Source: Escherichia phage a20. From it: a DNA stretch of 64,000 bases. Positions 54,127 to 63,601 of the stretch are shown one piece after another. Position 1 is the stretch's first letter, and every line of letters starts with the position of its first letter. The notes beneath the pieces are model-generated. The model saw only the letters and a program-made list of their open reading frames with translations, was not told the origin of the DNA and did no database searches. The stretch is from the sequence record OQ067374.1. The stretch is one strand, 5' to 3'. The position numbers and the translations under genes are program-made.

Positions 54127-54305
54127 GGCTTAATTTCCTTCGCAATTGAACAGAAGATACCACGGTCACAAAGCATTTCGCCAATTTCTGGATATTTGAT
54201 TGAACGGTACCAAACATCCAGGCTTGAAACTCTGGTTATCTGTACTGCATTACCGTTGACGGAATAGTACTGGTCAACCTTAATTTCTTTATCTTCAATT
54301 GTCAT
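54123..54305 (-). CDS. hypothetical small protein; start moved to internal ATG with strong SD AGAGGAAA
   Basis: ORF track 54123..54425 trimmed to MTIEDKEIKVDQYYSVNGNAVQ... (60 aa). Confidence 0.4.
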   Translation of the reverse strand: MTIEDKEIKVDQYYSVNGNAVQITRVSSLDVWYRSIKYPEIGEMLCDRGIFCSIAKEIKP

Positions 54306-54470
54306 TTTATTTTCCTCTATAGTAGATGGTTTAATCTTAACACGTCTATTGAGGATGTAAACTGTTTTATGAAAATATTTTCGATTTGAGAGGGGCACAA
54401 GGAGATAGTGAAGTGAAGATTCCAATGGATTATATTAGAAATGAGATAAAGAAGACCAGGCGGCACCTGG

Positions 54471-54779
54471 TCAATCTTCTATGATATCAGAGTCATATCC
54501 TAATGAAATCAAGGACTTTTTAAACTCTGCAATATTCTTTTGTTTCTTATCATTTAAAAATATGACAGGATAACGAATATTAAGTGAAGTGAATCCTGCA
54601 CGTTTAGCAAGAGATACGATTAAAGGACGGTCATATTCAATCTTACCATTATTAGTGAGGACTTTATAAAATGTATAAGGAGCATTGAGCTCCTTTAAAA
54701 GTTTTGTAACAGTATAACATCCTGGACAACGTCCTACTTCTTCAGGGATGCCATAAATTTCAATCTTGTTGTGTTCCAC
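54471..54779 (-). CDS. nrdH: glutaredoxin-like protein NrdH
   Basis: 102 aa; redox motif CPGC near N-terminus; adjacent to nrdG/nrdD. Confidence 0.75.
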   Translation of the reverse strand: MEHNKIEIYGIPEEVGRCPGCYTVTKLLKELNAPYTFYKVLTNNGKIEYDRPLIVSLAKRAGFTSLNIRYPVIFLNDKKQKNIAEFKKSLISLGYDSDIIED

Positions 54780-54781
54780 AA

Positions 54782-54994
54782 TTATTCCTTGCCAAGAACA
54801 GAATTCAGTTTATTAGTAATTTTGTCCAAACGTTCATTGAATTCGCTGGAGGATAAACCCTTTTCCGGAGAAATTAAACTAATCACGAAAAATACAACAG
54901 TAAAAGGAATAAGAAAAATAGCTCCAACTGCCATAAACAAAAAGAATGTTACAGTTGTAAGAAAATCAGCTAAACCTTTACGAAATTTATACAT
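54782..54994 (-). CDS. small membrane protein
   Basis: ORF track, 70 aa; two hydrophobic segments. Confidence 0.45.
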   Translation of the reverse strand: MYKFRKGLADFLTTVTFFLFMAVGAIFLIPFTVVFFVISLISPEKGLSSSEFNERLDKITNKLNSVLGKE

Positions 54995-55104
54995 ATTTAC
55001 CCTTAATTAACTAAGCATTGATAAGCACTAAACTATATTGGGAATAAAATTCTGGACCAAAATGAAAAATCATATCATTTATAGTATCCATAATATAATT
55101 CAAT

Positions 55105-55575
55105 TTAATCATGTTTCCACACCCCATCGGTATTTGTCCAAAGTCGCTGATTATCTGATCCTCGCCACAGCTTTTTAGTCGGAAGATTTTTCTCATACTT
55201 CCCATCAATAATAACATCAACATATTTAAGCATTTCTAGCTGTTTAATATCTTCAAACTTATATCCTGTCCACAACCAAATGCTTTTATTTGGATAAAGA
55301 TTTTTTACTGTTTGAGCAATGCAATGAATAACATCTCGATTGTCAGGATAGAGAGGGTCTCCTCCAGTTATAGTCAATCCTTCTATATAATCATTATTCA
55401 AACATTCAATTAATTGTTCTAGTGTTTCACCGGTGAATGGAATACCATTTCTAGCATTCCATGTTGATTTATTATAACACCCTTCGCATTTATGCAAACA
55501 ACCTGTAACGAAAAGAACGACCCTGCAACCAGGGCCATTCACAAAATCGCAAGGATAAAATCTATCATAATTCAT
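55105..55575 (-). CDS. nrdG: anaerobic ribonucleotide reductase activating protein (radical SAM)
   Basis: 156 aa; CDFVNGPGCRVVLFVTGCLHKCEGCYN (radical-SAM-type Cys cluster of NrdG); ATGA overlap with nrdD. Confidence 0.9.
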   Translation of the reverse strand: MNYDRFYPCDFVNGPGCRVVLFVTGCLHKCEGCYNKSTWNARNGIPFTGETLEQLIECLNNDYIEGLTITGGDPLYPDNRDVIHCIAQTVKNLYPNKSIWLWTGYKFEDIKQLEMLKYVDVIIDGKYEKNLPTKKLWRGSDNQRLWTNTDGVWKHD

Positions 55576-57389
55576 TGGTGTTTAACCCTATGCATGATTT
55601 CTTTATTTTTGCCTAGATTAAATCCGCGTTCGTTCGGATTTCCAAGATAACCGCATGTTCTTCTTATGGTGTTCATCTTTTTAGGATCAGTTTCTCCACA
55701 AACTGAACAAACAAATCCGTTTTCAGTAGGAGTCATTTCATGGGTACTTCCGCATGTAAAACATTTATCTACTGGCATATTAACACCAAAATAATCTAAA
55801 TGTTGTGCAGCATAATCCCATACAGCCTCAAGTCCTTTTAAGTTATTTTTCATATCAGGAAGTTCAACATAAGAAATATGACCGCCGGTCGCTATGAAAT
55901 GATATGGCGCTTCACGAGAAATCTTTTCAAACGGAGTAATATTTTCTTCTACTGAAACATGGAAACTATTAGTGTACCAGCCTTTATCAGTGACATCCTT
56001 TACACTTCCATATTTTTCTGTGTCGAGTTTACAGAAACGATAACACAAGTTTTCGGCAGGAGTAGAATATAAACTAAAAGCAAAACCGGTTCTTTCGGTC
56101 CACTGCTTAAGACGAGCATTCATTTTAGTTAAAATTTCCTGTCCAATATCACGACCGACAAGAATATTCAATTCGTGAATACCAATGTATCCTAGGGACA
56201 CTGAACTTCTACCGTTTTTAAATAACTCAATTATATCGTCATCAGGTTTAAGACGAACCCCGAATGCACCTTCTTGGTAAAGAATAGGAGCAACAGTCGC
56301 TTTAACTCCTTTTAAGGAACTAATTCTACACATCAAGGCTTCAAAACACAGGTCCATTCGTTCGTTAAATAGCTCAACAAATTTCTGTTCATTGAACTGT
56401 GTTCCAATATAAGAATCTAATGCTATACGAGGAAGATTCAGTGTTACAACGCCAAGATTATTACGACCGTCAAGAATTTCATTTCCAGTTGAATCTTTCC
56501 ATACACTCAAGAAACTACGGCAGCCCATTGGAGAAACAGGAACAGATGAACCGGTAATAGCTTTATTATTCTTAACCGAAATAACGTCAGGATACATTCT
56601 TTTGCTTGCACATTCTAACGCAAGTTGTTTAATATCATAGTTTGGATCGTCTTTATAAAGATTAACACCTTCTTCAATGAACATAACAAGCTTAGGGAAA
56701 ATAGGAGTTATCCCATCACGACCAAGACCTTTAATACGATTTTTCAGAATTGCTTTCTGAATCATTCGTTCAGTCCAGTCAGTTCCCGTACCAAATGTAA
56801 TTGTTACAAAAGGCGTTTGTCCGTTTGAACTAAAGAGAGTGTTTACTTCATATTCATAAGCTTGGAATGCGTCATAGACATCTTTTTCTGTTTTGGATTG
56901 AGCATAATTCAACGCATCAGCGATTTGCCATTTTTCTGCATCTTCAATATGTTTTGCATAGGTGCGTTTAACATAAGGAGAAAGTACTTTATCTACATTA
57001 GCAAAAGTCGTTCCGCCGTATTGGTGAGAAGCAACCTGTGCAGTAATTTGTGCCATAATTGCAGTAGCAACGCCAATTGATTTAGGAGTTTCAATCTGCG
57101 CATTACCTAGCTTAAATCCGTTTTCAAGCATTCCTTTTAAATCTACTAAACAACAATTAGTAAATGGAAGAGCAGGGGAATAATCAATATCATGGAAATG
57201 GATAATTCCGCTTTCATGTGCTTTCATAATAAAAGACGGGACCATATTTTTGGCAATGTGTTTAGACACAATACCAGCCATAAGGTCCCGTTGAGTTGGA
57301 AAAACACGAGAATCTTTATTAGCATTCTCGTTTAAAAGGTCTTTATTAGTTTTATGAATCAATCCTTCAATTTCTTTTTCAATTGTCAT
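55572..57389 (-). CDS. nrdD: anaerobic ribonucleoside-triphosphate reductase (glycyl radical enzyme), uninterrupted
   Basis: 605 aa; C-terminal Zn site CxxC...CxxC and glycyl-radical motif RTCGYLG; no intron. Confidence 0.95.
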   Translation of the reverse strand: MTIEKEIEGLIHKTNKDLLNENANKDSRVFPTQRDLMAGIVSKHIAKNMVPSFIMKAHESGIIHFHDIDYSPALPFTNCCLVDLKGMLENGFKLGNAQIETPKSIGVATAIMAQITAQVASHQYGGTTFANVDKVLSPYVKRTYAKHIEDAEKWQIADALNYAQSKTEKDVYDAFQAYEYEVNTLFSSNGQTPFVTITFGTGTDWTERMIQKAILKNRIKGLGRDGITPIFPKLVMFIEEGVNLYKDDPNYDIKQLALECASKRMYPDVISVKNNKAITGSSVPVSPMGCRSFLSVWKDSTGNEILDGRNNLGVVTLNLPRIALDSYIGTQFNEQKFVELFNERMDLCFEALMCRISSLKGVKATVAPILYQEGAFGVRLKPDDDIIELFKNGRSSVSLGYIGIHELNILVGRDIGQEILTKMNARLKQWTERTGFAFSLYSTPAENLCYRFCKLDTEKYGSVKDVTDKGWYTNSFHVSVEENITPFEKISREAPYHFIATGGHISYVELPDMKNNLKGLEAVWDYAAQHLDYFGVNMPVDKCFTCGSTHEMTPTENGFVCSVCGETDPKKMNTIRRTCGYLGNPNERGFNLGKNKEIMHRVKHQ

Positions 57390-57859
57390 TTTAAACTCTT
57401 TCTAAGTTGCTTCTTAAATGAAGCTATTAACTGTGTTTTGGTGTCAGATTCATTATATTCAAATCCTCTTTGAAGCATCTCAGCCATCATTTCCTCTTTA
57501 CCTAGTCTTGAGAACTCTTTAGTTTTGTCTGGAACAAAATTAGGATGGATATTATTATAAGAATAATCTTGTTTCAAATAAGCAAGAAGAGCTTCAAGCC
57601 ATTCGAGGTAGTCAACATCACGTCCTTTAAGACCGGAACGGTTGAACTTATGCTTCATTTGACCTTCTGCTGCGTTGCACAGATTACAGAGTAATCCACG
57701 AACTCTACCGGCTTTTGGCCCGTTTAATTCGTGGTCGTGGTCAAGATGGTTACCTTGAACATCAGGGTCTAATTCACGGTGGCAAATAGGACACTTACCA
57801 TTCTGTGCATCATAAAATTTTTGTTTTTCTTCTTTATATTTTGCGCCTGATAATAACAT
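57386..57859 (-). CDS. 49: endonuclease VII (Holliday junction resolvase, gp49)
   Basis: 157 aa; ...KFYDAQNGKCPICHRELDPDVQGNHLDHDHELNGPKAGRVRGLLCNLCNAAEGQ...; recognised as T4 EndoVII. Confidence 0.92.
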   Translation of the reverse strand: MLLSGAKYKEEKQKFYDAQNGKCPICHRELDPDVQGNHLDHDHELNGPKAGRVRGLLCNLCNAAEGQMKHKFNRSGLKGRDVDYLEWLEALLAYLKQDYSYNNIHPNFVPDKTKEFSRLGKEEMMAEMLQRGFEYNESDTKTQLIASFKKQLRKSLK

Positions 57860-57888
57860 GATAAACCCTTACCTTAAATAGATAAGGG

Positions 57889-57896
57889 TATTTATA
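57889..57896 (-). promoter_or_regulatory. late promoter box TATAAATA upstream of gene 49, positioned at the 5' arm of a hairpin that contains the gene 49 SD
   Basis: Plus-strand tatttata; hairpin accctta-(11 nt)-taagggt between box and ATG. Confidence 0.55.
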
Positions 57897-57898
57897 AT

Positions 57899-58069
57899 TT
57901 AGTAAACGTTATAAAAGTTACGATGAGAACGTTTAGCTTTGCGAAGCTGACGTTTAGTAGGACGAACTGTAAATGGTTGTCCGGAGAAAAAATTCGGATC
58001 GGTTTTAATAAGCAAATACCAATCATGCTTGCCATTTTTTAATAAACGGTACAATAATTTAACTTGCAT
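57899..58069 (-). CDS. possible small basic protein (56 aa)
   Basis: Hand-translated MQVKLLYRLLKNGKHDWYLLIKTDPNFFSGQPFTVRPTKRQLRKAKRSHRNFYNVY. Confidence 0.3.
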   Translation of the reverse strand: MQVKLLYRLLKNGKHDWYLLIKTDPNFFSGQPFTVRPTKRQLRKAKRSHRNFYNVY

Positions 58070-58197
58070 AATAATCTCTTCCCATTTCCATATTAATTAA
58101 TTCATTTATTGAAGGTTCATCATAACACGTTTCTTCGTCGTTGTAAACTGTTTCGACGTCTGGCTCGACTGTCTCCCATCGAGCCGAATACCACGGT

Positions 58198-58533
58198 TTA
58201 ACCGCGGAGCTTATCGAGCTCTTCATAATCAATCCAGGATTCTAGTCCGGACGGCAAATCAGATTCAACATTCCACAGAAGCTCTTCGATGGCTTGTAGG
58301 CGATTATATTCTTCAACAGTAATAGTAACCATTGTTTCAGGCTTTTTAACCATCATGTCATTCATCAGAATGTACAGGTCTTCACAAACAGCTGGGTCGT
58401 CCCATGTCCATATTTCAGCATCTCGAACCAATGAAGCCGGAATCAAATTTAAAACTTCAAGCTTAGTAGGAGCGTCAGGGCCGAGAAGAGTTGCTACAAA
58501 TTTATATGCTTTGGCGAAATCAATATTGTTCAT
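58198..58533 (-). CDS. hypothetical acidic protein
   Basis: ORF track, 111 aa. Confidence 0.45.
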   Translation of the reverse strand: MNNIDFAKAYKFVATLLGPDAPTKLEVLNLIPASLVRDAEIWTWDDPAVCEDLYILMNDMMVKKPETMVTITVEEYNRLQAIEELLWNVESDLPSGLESWIDYEELDKLRG

Positions 58534-58793
58534 TTAAAATATTCTCGCAGTTGGTCAAATCCACCAATGTGACTTCCGTCAGGAGCAAACACTTGAGGCA
58601 TAGTCAATCCGACTTGTGATTCACGACCAAGCTTAACCAGAAGCTCAGCAATTTTCTCATCATCGAACACACCTTTTTCTGGCATAACATTAATGAATTC
58701 GAATGGCTGTTTCTTAACAGTCAGCAATCTTTTCGCATTATCACAGAAAACACAACGGTGAATAGTAGAGTCATACCCGTACACTTTAAACAT
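58530..58793 (-). CDS. nrdC: thioredoxin/glutaredoxin NrdC
   Basis: 87 aa from MFKVYGYDSTIHRCVFCDNAKRLLTVKKQPFEFINVMPEKGVFDDEKIAELL...; CxxC active site; recognised as T4 NrdC. Confidence 0.88.
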   Translation of the reverse strand: MFKVYGYDSTIHRCVFCDNAKRLLTVKKQPFEFINVMPEKGVFDDEKIAELLVKLGRESQVGLTMPQVFAPDGSHIGGFDQLREYFK

Positions 58794-59199
58794 TATTTTT
58801 CCTTTCATCGATTAAATATGCAACACCAAATACAATACATGTAATAAAACCTGTGATACCGATAGAGAACATCAACACTGTACCAAAGAACCAAATCAGG
58901 TTATCTTTAGTAGTTTGTTTGATATCCATCTCACGAATTTCTATAGCTATCGTATCACCTTTATTCAGAAGCGTATAAAACGACGGTGATACACGCCTGT
59001 CAAAAACTCGTCCTTGCTCATCTTTATAGACGGCAATAAATTCTAATTTAGAATATTTTCCTGTAGATTGACCTGAAATTAATTCCACTACCTCCACAGG
59101 AATTACTTTAGTTTCCATGTAAGTATTCTGGCTGTTCCAAATGAATGGAATGATGGCAAAAACTAAAGCTGCAATAAAACAACGAAGGCTATATCTCAT
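58786..59199 (-). CDS. membrane protein (N-terminal and C-terminal TM segments)
   Basis: ORF track, 137 aa. Confidence 0.5.
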   Translation of the reverse strand: MRYSLRCFIAALVFAIIPFIWNSQNTYMETKVIPVEVVELISGQSTGKYSKLEFIAVYKDEQGRVFDRRVSPSFYTLLNKGDTIAIEIREMDIKQTTKDNLIWFFGTVLMFSIGITGFITCIVFGVAYLIDERKNNV

Positions 59200-59504
59200 T
59201 ATAATGTTCTCTCAAATTTGTGGAAGCATTTACGGCATTTCAATTTCAAGTTATCAGTGGTCCAGTTAACCAGTTGGACTTGGATAGTTCCACATTCTGG
59301 GCATGGATGTTTTGCTGCCGATTTGGCAGCATTTTCACGTCGTTCAACCATTTTCATGATTTCGTTCCATGCCGGAGGAACGAACTCTTCTTCACCGTGG
59401 ATTTTATCTCGCTGAACAAATTCAATCTTTGAACTATCATCAATAAACTTAACCAAGTCATGATTAGTGCTCATATCAATATCCTCTAAAAGACGTAGTT
59501 TCAT
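59199..59504 (-). CDS. zinc-ribbon protein
   Basis: 101 aa; CPECG...CRKC. Confidence 0.5.
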   Translation of the reverse strand: MKLRLLEDIDMSTNHDLVKFIDDSSKIEFVQRDKIHGEEEFVPPAWNEIMKMVERRENAAKSAAKHPCPECGTIQVQLVNWTTDNLKLKCRKCFHKFERTL

Positions 59505-60454
59505 TATAAAACCTCAATGGCATTTCGTAAACCATCCGCTTTCGCATTCAGAGCTTTTAACGATTTAGTTTGTTCTGCAATCTGGGCTTCGACTTCTTTC
59601 AGACGAGATTTGAGATATTCGCGTTCTTCTCTTAAGTTATCAACTTTTTCTGCTTTAGGCTCTTTAATAGGCTTAGGTTTATACGTATTAGGGTTCTTCA
59701 GTTTAATTTGAATTCGAGAACTGAATAACATTGAACCGTTATCTTCGGTTTCACTGTGTATTTCTACCACGTCCATGATTCTTAACATCATGCGAAGTTT
59801 ATAAGACAGCGAACGAACGGTTTTATTGTGCTTCTTAATTTCTTCAGCTTTCATGGTGCCGAGATTACGTGAGTAGTAATAAGGAACCTGAATATCAATT
59901 GATAATGATGCGGTACCATTACCGGTTGGTTTGAACACTGCAGTAACCCAATCTTTAGCATGAACTGTATTTGTACGATCATCGCCGCCTGTGAATAATT
60001 TACGAGAATGTTTAAAAAGCATATTCACTTGGTTATTGAATTCACAAGCAAATTTATCAGCAAATTTAGTTTCAGGAATGGTAGTTAACCAATCAGCCAA
60101 ATGAGTCTTTTTAACATCATTAACAATAGTGAATTCAACCAAATCGGTTTTAGATGTCACAGATTTAATAAAGCTCGGCTTCATAAAGTTTTTAATGTTA
60201 TCGCGAGCTACAGTAGAAGATAATAAACGAGAACGTTTGAACCATTGAAGCAACGTCCCTAACGAATGAGAATACGCATTTTGAGTATCTTTACAGATAT
60301 GATTTTCTTGGCCTATGTATGTACCAAAATCGCGAAGAATACCACTTACTACATCTCGGTGTGGAACATCAAATCCTAGTGCACCAGAAGCACGTTGGGC
60401 ATGAACGTTAGCGATAAGACCTGCAAAGTATTCAATGTAATGTGAACGTGTCAT
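59504..60454 (-). CDS. hypothetical protein with C-terminal coiled-coil (member 1 of three adjacent ~320-aa proteins)
   Basis: 316 aa; C-terminus ...EEREYLKSRLKEVEAQIAEQTKSLKALNAKADGLRNAIEVL. Confidence 0.55.
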   Translation of the reverse strand: MTRSHYIEYFAGLIANVHAQRASGALGFDVPHRDVVSGILRDFGTYIGQENHICKDTQNAYSHSLGTLLQWFKRSRLLSSTVARDNIKNFMKPSFIKSVTSKTDLVEFTIVNDVKKTHLADWLTTIPETKFADKFACEFNNQVNMLFKHSRKLFTGGDDRTNTVHAKDWVTAVFKPTGNGTASLSIDIQVPYYYSRNLGTMKAEEIKKHNKTVRSLSYKLRMMLRIMDVVEIHSETEDNGSMLFSSRIQIKLKNPNTYKPKPIKEPKAEKVDNLREEREYLKSRLKEVEAQIAEQTKSLKALNAKADGLRNAIEVL

Positions 60455-60480
60455 AATATTTTCCTCTCGTTAAGATAGAT

Positions 60481-60513
60481 TCATTATACTCCAACCATCC
60501 TTGGTTGTAAACT
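60481..60513 (-). promoter_or_regulatory. early promoter; near-identical copy of the 18319 promoter 30-mer
   Basis: Plus text tcATTATActccaaccatccttggttGTAAAC. Confidence 0.6.
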
Positions 60514-60516
60514 ATT

Positions 60517-61476
60517 TTATGATTTTAACGCATTCATTGCGTTAAAAAGTTTAGAATACTGCAACTGGAGATTCGTTACAACACTTTGAGCATCACGAAG
60601 CTTAGCTTGTGCTTTGTCAAGTTCAACAGACAGTTGGTCCATAGTGGCCTTGATTTGATTGTAACGGTAATCTTCGGCCGGAAGAAGGTCATTAGAAACA
60701 TTTAGTTTTACTGCAGACAGTTTGCACACATTTGGCAAACCTTTAAACATTGATTTACCCGAAGTAGAATAAGCACTTAGGACTTCGGCCTGTTCAATTG
60801 GGGTCCCAGTAAGCGATGCTTCAAACAATGCATTTTCCTTTTTAAGATTTTGATAATATTCGGAGTCTTTGTGCCACCATGGCGCAGGAACCTTTTTACC
60901 AATAGATACACGAGCCTGGATAGCGATATGGCCCTTATTCTTGATAGGGTCGATAATATTAAGCTCACGAGAATAAATTGCTTTAATCTGGTGGATATTA
61001 TCACCTAAAACTTCCAACGCTTGGTGGAATACACGAGCAACGTTATCATTCTTAGGTTTATACGTAAGAGTGAACTCGTTCTCACTGATAACCATGATTT
61101 CTAACTTATCGTAAGTATATTTCAAATGTTTCATGTTAATTGCTTGAGGACGAATACGAGAAGCAATGGCCATCAGATTGTTAAGGTTATTCCGGAACTG
61201 CTTAGCGAAATATTGTCCTTCACCACCAATACAAAAATTACGAAGTTTCTGTTTGGCTAATAAACGGCTGAACTCACCATTTTTAATGAACTCTTTAACG
61301 GGTGTGTTAGTAACGCATTCAAATTGAGTAAACTTACGAGAAGTAATCCCATAATATGAACAGATTTCCTCAATCTCTTCAGGAGTCTTTACAGGCATAC
61401 GGATAGGATTAGGTCCTGGAGTATATGCGTTCGAGGTAAATTCTTTGATAAGTTCTCTACGTGTAATAAAAGCCAT
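60517..61476 (-). CDS. hypothetical protein with C-terminal coiled-coil (member 2)
   Basis: 319 aa; C-terminus ...MDQLSVELDKAQAKLRDAQSVVTNLQLQYSKLFNAMNALKS. Confidence 0.55.
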   Translation of the reverse strand: MAFITRRELIKEFTSNAYTPGPNPIRMPVKTPEEIEEICSYYGITSRKFTQFECVTNTPVKEFIKNGEFSRLLAKQKLRNFCIGGEGQYFAKQFRNNLNNLMAIASRIRPQAINMKHLKYTYDKLEIMVISENEFTLTYKPKNDNVARVFHQALEVLGDNIHQIKAIYSRELNIIDPIKNKGHIAIQARVSIGKKVPAPWWHKDSEYYQNLKKENALFEASLTGTPIEQAEVLSAYSTSGKSMFKGLPNVCKLSAVKLNVSNDLLPAEDYRYNQIKATMDQLSVELDKAQAKLRDAQSVVTNLQLQYSKLFNAMNALKS

Positions 61477-61500
61477 TTTATATTCCTCATGTTGAAAAAT

Positions 61501-61533
61501 TTATTATACTCCAACCATCCTTGGTTGTACATC
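61501..61533 (-). promoter_or_regulatory. early promoter; third copy of the repeated promoter (one substitution in -35: TGTACA)
   Basis: Plus text ttATTATActccaaccatccttggttGTACAtc. Confidence 0.6.
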
Positions 61534-62527
61534 ATTCCTTAAGAAGTTTTACTACTTGAATAAGATTAGCTCGTTCTGTTTTATTTTTACCGTTTAAGCC
61601 TGCTAATCGTGAGATTTCATCGTCAGTCTGTTGAATAGTTACATTAAGTTCGTTAATCAAAGCTTCAAAGTATTTGATTTGCTCAGCATGTTTTGATTCA
61701 AATTTCTGAACCGGAATAACGTCTTGATTCAGTTCATCAATAAGGTCTTTAAGAGCATCTTCTTGGTTGATATCATATTCAACTTCTTTTATTTCTTCAA
61801 CGAGCTCGTCTTTATATCTAACGTCTTTTAGTCCTGGAGCTGGTCCTAAAATCTCTTCTTTAAGAGTACAAACATATCCAATACGATATCCAGTGCCGTC
61901 TCGCTTGATATCAACTTCGTCGATAAATCCACAATGTTTAAGACCAGAGCCGATTAGGTTAAAATATCCTTGACGTCGTCCTTCAAACGTTACACGAACT
62001 ACTAAGACGGTTTTGCCACTGACCTTTTGAAGCTCACATTTATAAAAGTCTGTTGAACCTGAATAACATGGATGAGTTTTAAAGTTCATCTGACGATCTA
62101 GACCCATTTGTAAGCGTGCTGATACGGCCATAAAACGTGTTTGGTTCTCGTTAAGATGAGCAACAATCCATTTCAAAGGCATTTTACACTGTTCACGACC
62201 GAACAAATCAGTACGTCCTAGATTACGCAGGATGTTGTTAGAGTTAATCATCGACAGAACGTTAAGTTTATTCAGCGCGCTGAAGATTCCATCAGCCATT
62301 GATTTTCCGTAACCTTTACACGCTTTAATAAGCGCTCGCGGCAGATTAGTATAGATTTCAGACGGCATATGAAAATCAAATTTACTAGTCAGTAATTGAT
62401 GAACTTGGATAGCAATTTGCTCATAATTAAGTGCTCTGCGATCATTATGGTCTTTAAACCACACTTTAATCTGTGAAGCACATAAACCGTTAATTTCATG
62501 TTTTACCGCATCAGATGTAATGCTCAT
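61532..62527 (-). CDS. hypothetical protein with C-terminal coiled-coil (member 3)
   Basis: 331 aa; C-terminus ...EALINELNVTIQQTDDEISRLAGLNGKNKTERANLIQVVKLLKE. Confidence 0.55.
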   Translation of the reverse strand: MSITSDAVKHEINGLCASQIKVWFKDHNDRRALNYEQIAIQVHQLLTSKFDFHMPSEIYTNLPRALIKACKGYGKSMADGIFSALNKLNVLSMINSNNILRNLGRTDLFGREQCKMPLKWIVAHLNENQTRFMAVSARLQMGLDRQMNFKTHPCYSGSTDFYKCELQKVSGKTVLVVRVTFEGRRQGYFNLIGSGLKHCGFIDEVDIKRDGTGYRIGYVCTLKEEILGPAPGLKDVRYKDELVEEIKEVEYDINQEDALKDLIDELNQDVIPVQKFESKHAEQIKYFEALINELNVTIQQTDDEISRLAGLNGKNKTERANLIQVVKLLKE

Positions 62528-62589
62528 AACTATTTCCTCAGATTGAATTGGAACTCAAAACCATTATAACCCGTCCTTGGGTAAAGCGT

Positions 62590-63117
62590 TTATGCGTGAA
62601 CCGTCTTTAAACGTTCTTCAAATTTCCGAAGAGTACTAATACGTTCTGCTTTCTGTTTTGTATAGTTTGCAATACGTTCTGAAGTGAGAGCGTATCGTTC
62701 GTTTACTGTTTCTTTCATGAAGTCAGGGATTTCACGAGAAGCTTTAATTTCATCAAACTTATCGAGTACTGCCTGGTCTTCAGCGATTAAATTTTCGTAC
62801 ATCTCGATATCTTTCTTGATAAACTCGATATCTTCCTGGGTTACTTTGGATAAACGAGACGCTTTATCCTTTTTGTACTGCTCGTTAGTTTCACGAGACC
62901 AGAATAATGTACGTTTTTTGTTAGTGTTTTTGTAGACTTCCACAATTCCAACTGAATCGATGATAGCAATCCAATTCCAGCGAGATTTGAAAATCTGACC
63001 TCCATCCACGGTAATCTCGTTACCATAAGCAACGTCATTAAAGAACTTGCTTTGTGCTTCAGATTTAAATTTACCGTCGTTATAATTTACCAGGTTGAAA
63101 ATATCTTTAGCGTTCAT
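62590..63117 (-). CDS. hypothetical protein
   Basis: ORF track, 175 aa; SD GGAGGT. Confidence 0.5.
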   Translation of the reverse strand: MNAKDIFNLVNYNDGKFKSEAQSKFFNDVAYGNEITVDGGQIFKSRWNWIAIIDSVGIVEVYKNTNKKRTLFWSRETNEQYKKDKASRLSKVTQEDIEFIKKDIEMYENLIAEDQAVLDKFDEIKASREIPDFMKETVNERYALTSERIANYTKQKAERISTLRKFEERLKTVHA

Positions 63118-63142
63118 GTTTTACCTCCAGTAGTTGATAGGT

Positions 63143-63174
63143 CTATAATAACATAACCATAGACCTTGTAAACA
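63143..63174 (-). promoter_or_regulatory. early promoter (-35 GTTTAC, 17 nt, -10 TATTAT); 5' leader shares ~27 nt with the 29495 promoter region
   Basis: Plus text ctccagtagttgataggtctATAATAacataaccatagaccttGTAAAC. Confidence 0.6.
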
Positions 63175-63175
63175 A

Positions 63176-63463
63176 CTAAAAGAAACTTTTTTCGGTATTT
63201 TTTCCACTGAACCAAACAGACTTCGGTATTTTTTGTAATTTTTCAGATTTAAGTTTCTCTTCCTGTTCTTTCTTATATGCATCCTTGTCGTACTGGAACA
63301 ACTCTAGGGCATTCTTTTGTAGACGGTCTAAGGTAATTAAGGCTTTAGTTTTTCCTTTCAAGGAAGAGTCCTGGCGAACCTCCTCGCTATATTGCATCGT
63401 AGAACTAACCATACGATGAGCATACAGTTCGACTGCGGCTTTAATTTTTTGCATAAAATCCAT
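63176..63463 (-). CDS. hypothetical Lys/Glu-rich protein
   Basis: ORF track, 95 aa; SD AGAGGA. Confidence 0.5.
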   Translation of the reverse strand: MDFMQKIKAAVELYAHRMVSSTMQYSEEVRQDSSLKGKTKALITLDRLQKNALELFQYDKDAYKKEQEEKLKSEKLQKIPKSVWFSGKNTEKSFF

Positions 63464-63601
63464 AACATATCCTCTTTGATTTGTACACCATTATTTTTAA
63501 ATATTTCTATGCCCTCAGTAAGTTCCTGGTGTCCTTCTTTGAGGTAAGCCATATGATTATTCATCTTTATGGCTTTTGTTACCTCAGAACTTCCTATAAG
63601 C

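Noticed and set aside
55011-55223. 70-aa minus-strand ORF overlapping the 3' end of nrdG
   Set aside because: Out-of-frame overlap with nrdG over most of its length; no separate RBS
55572-57389. Possibility of a group I intron in nrdD (present in T4) or in gene 43
   Set aside because: Both genes are single continuous ORFs of the expected full length (605 and 903 aa) with intact C-terminal motifs
63358-63564. 68-aa ORF overlapping the 95-aa gene at 63176-63463
   Set aside because: Poor RBS and 106-nt out-of-frame overlap; its C-terminal half looks like frame noise. The region more likely holds a terminator-like imperfect hairpin (gaggtaagcc...ggcttttgttacctc) after the upstream gene
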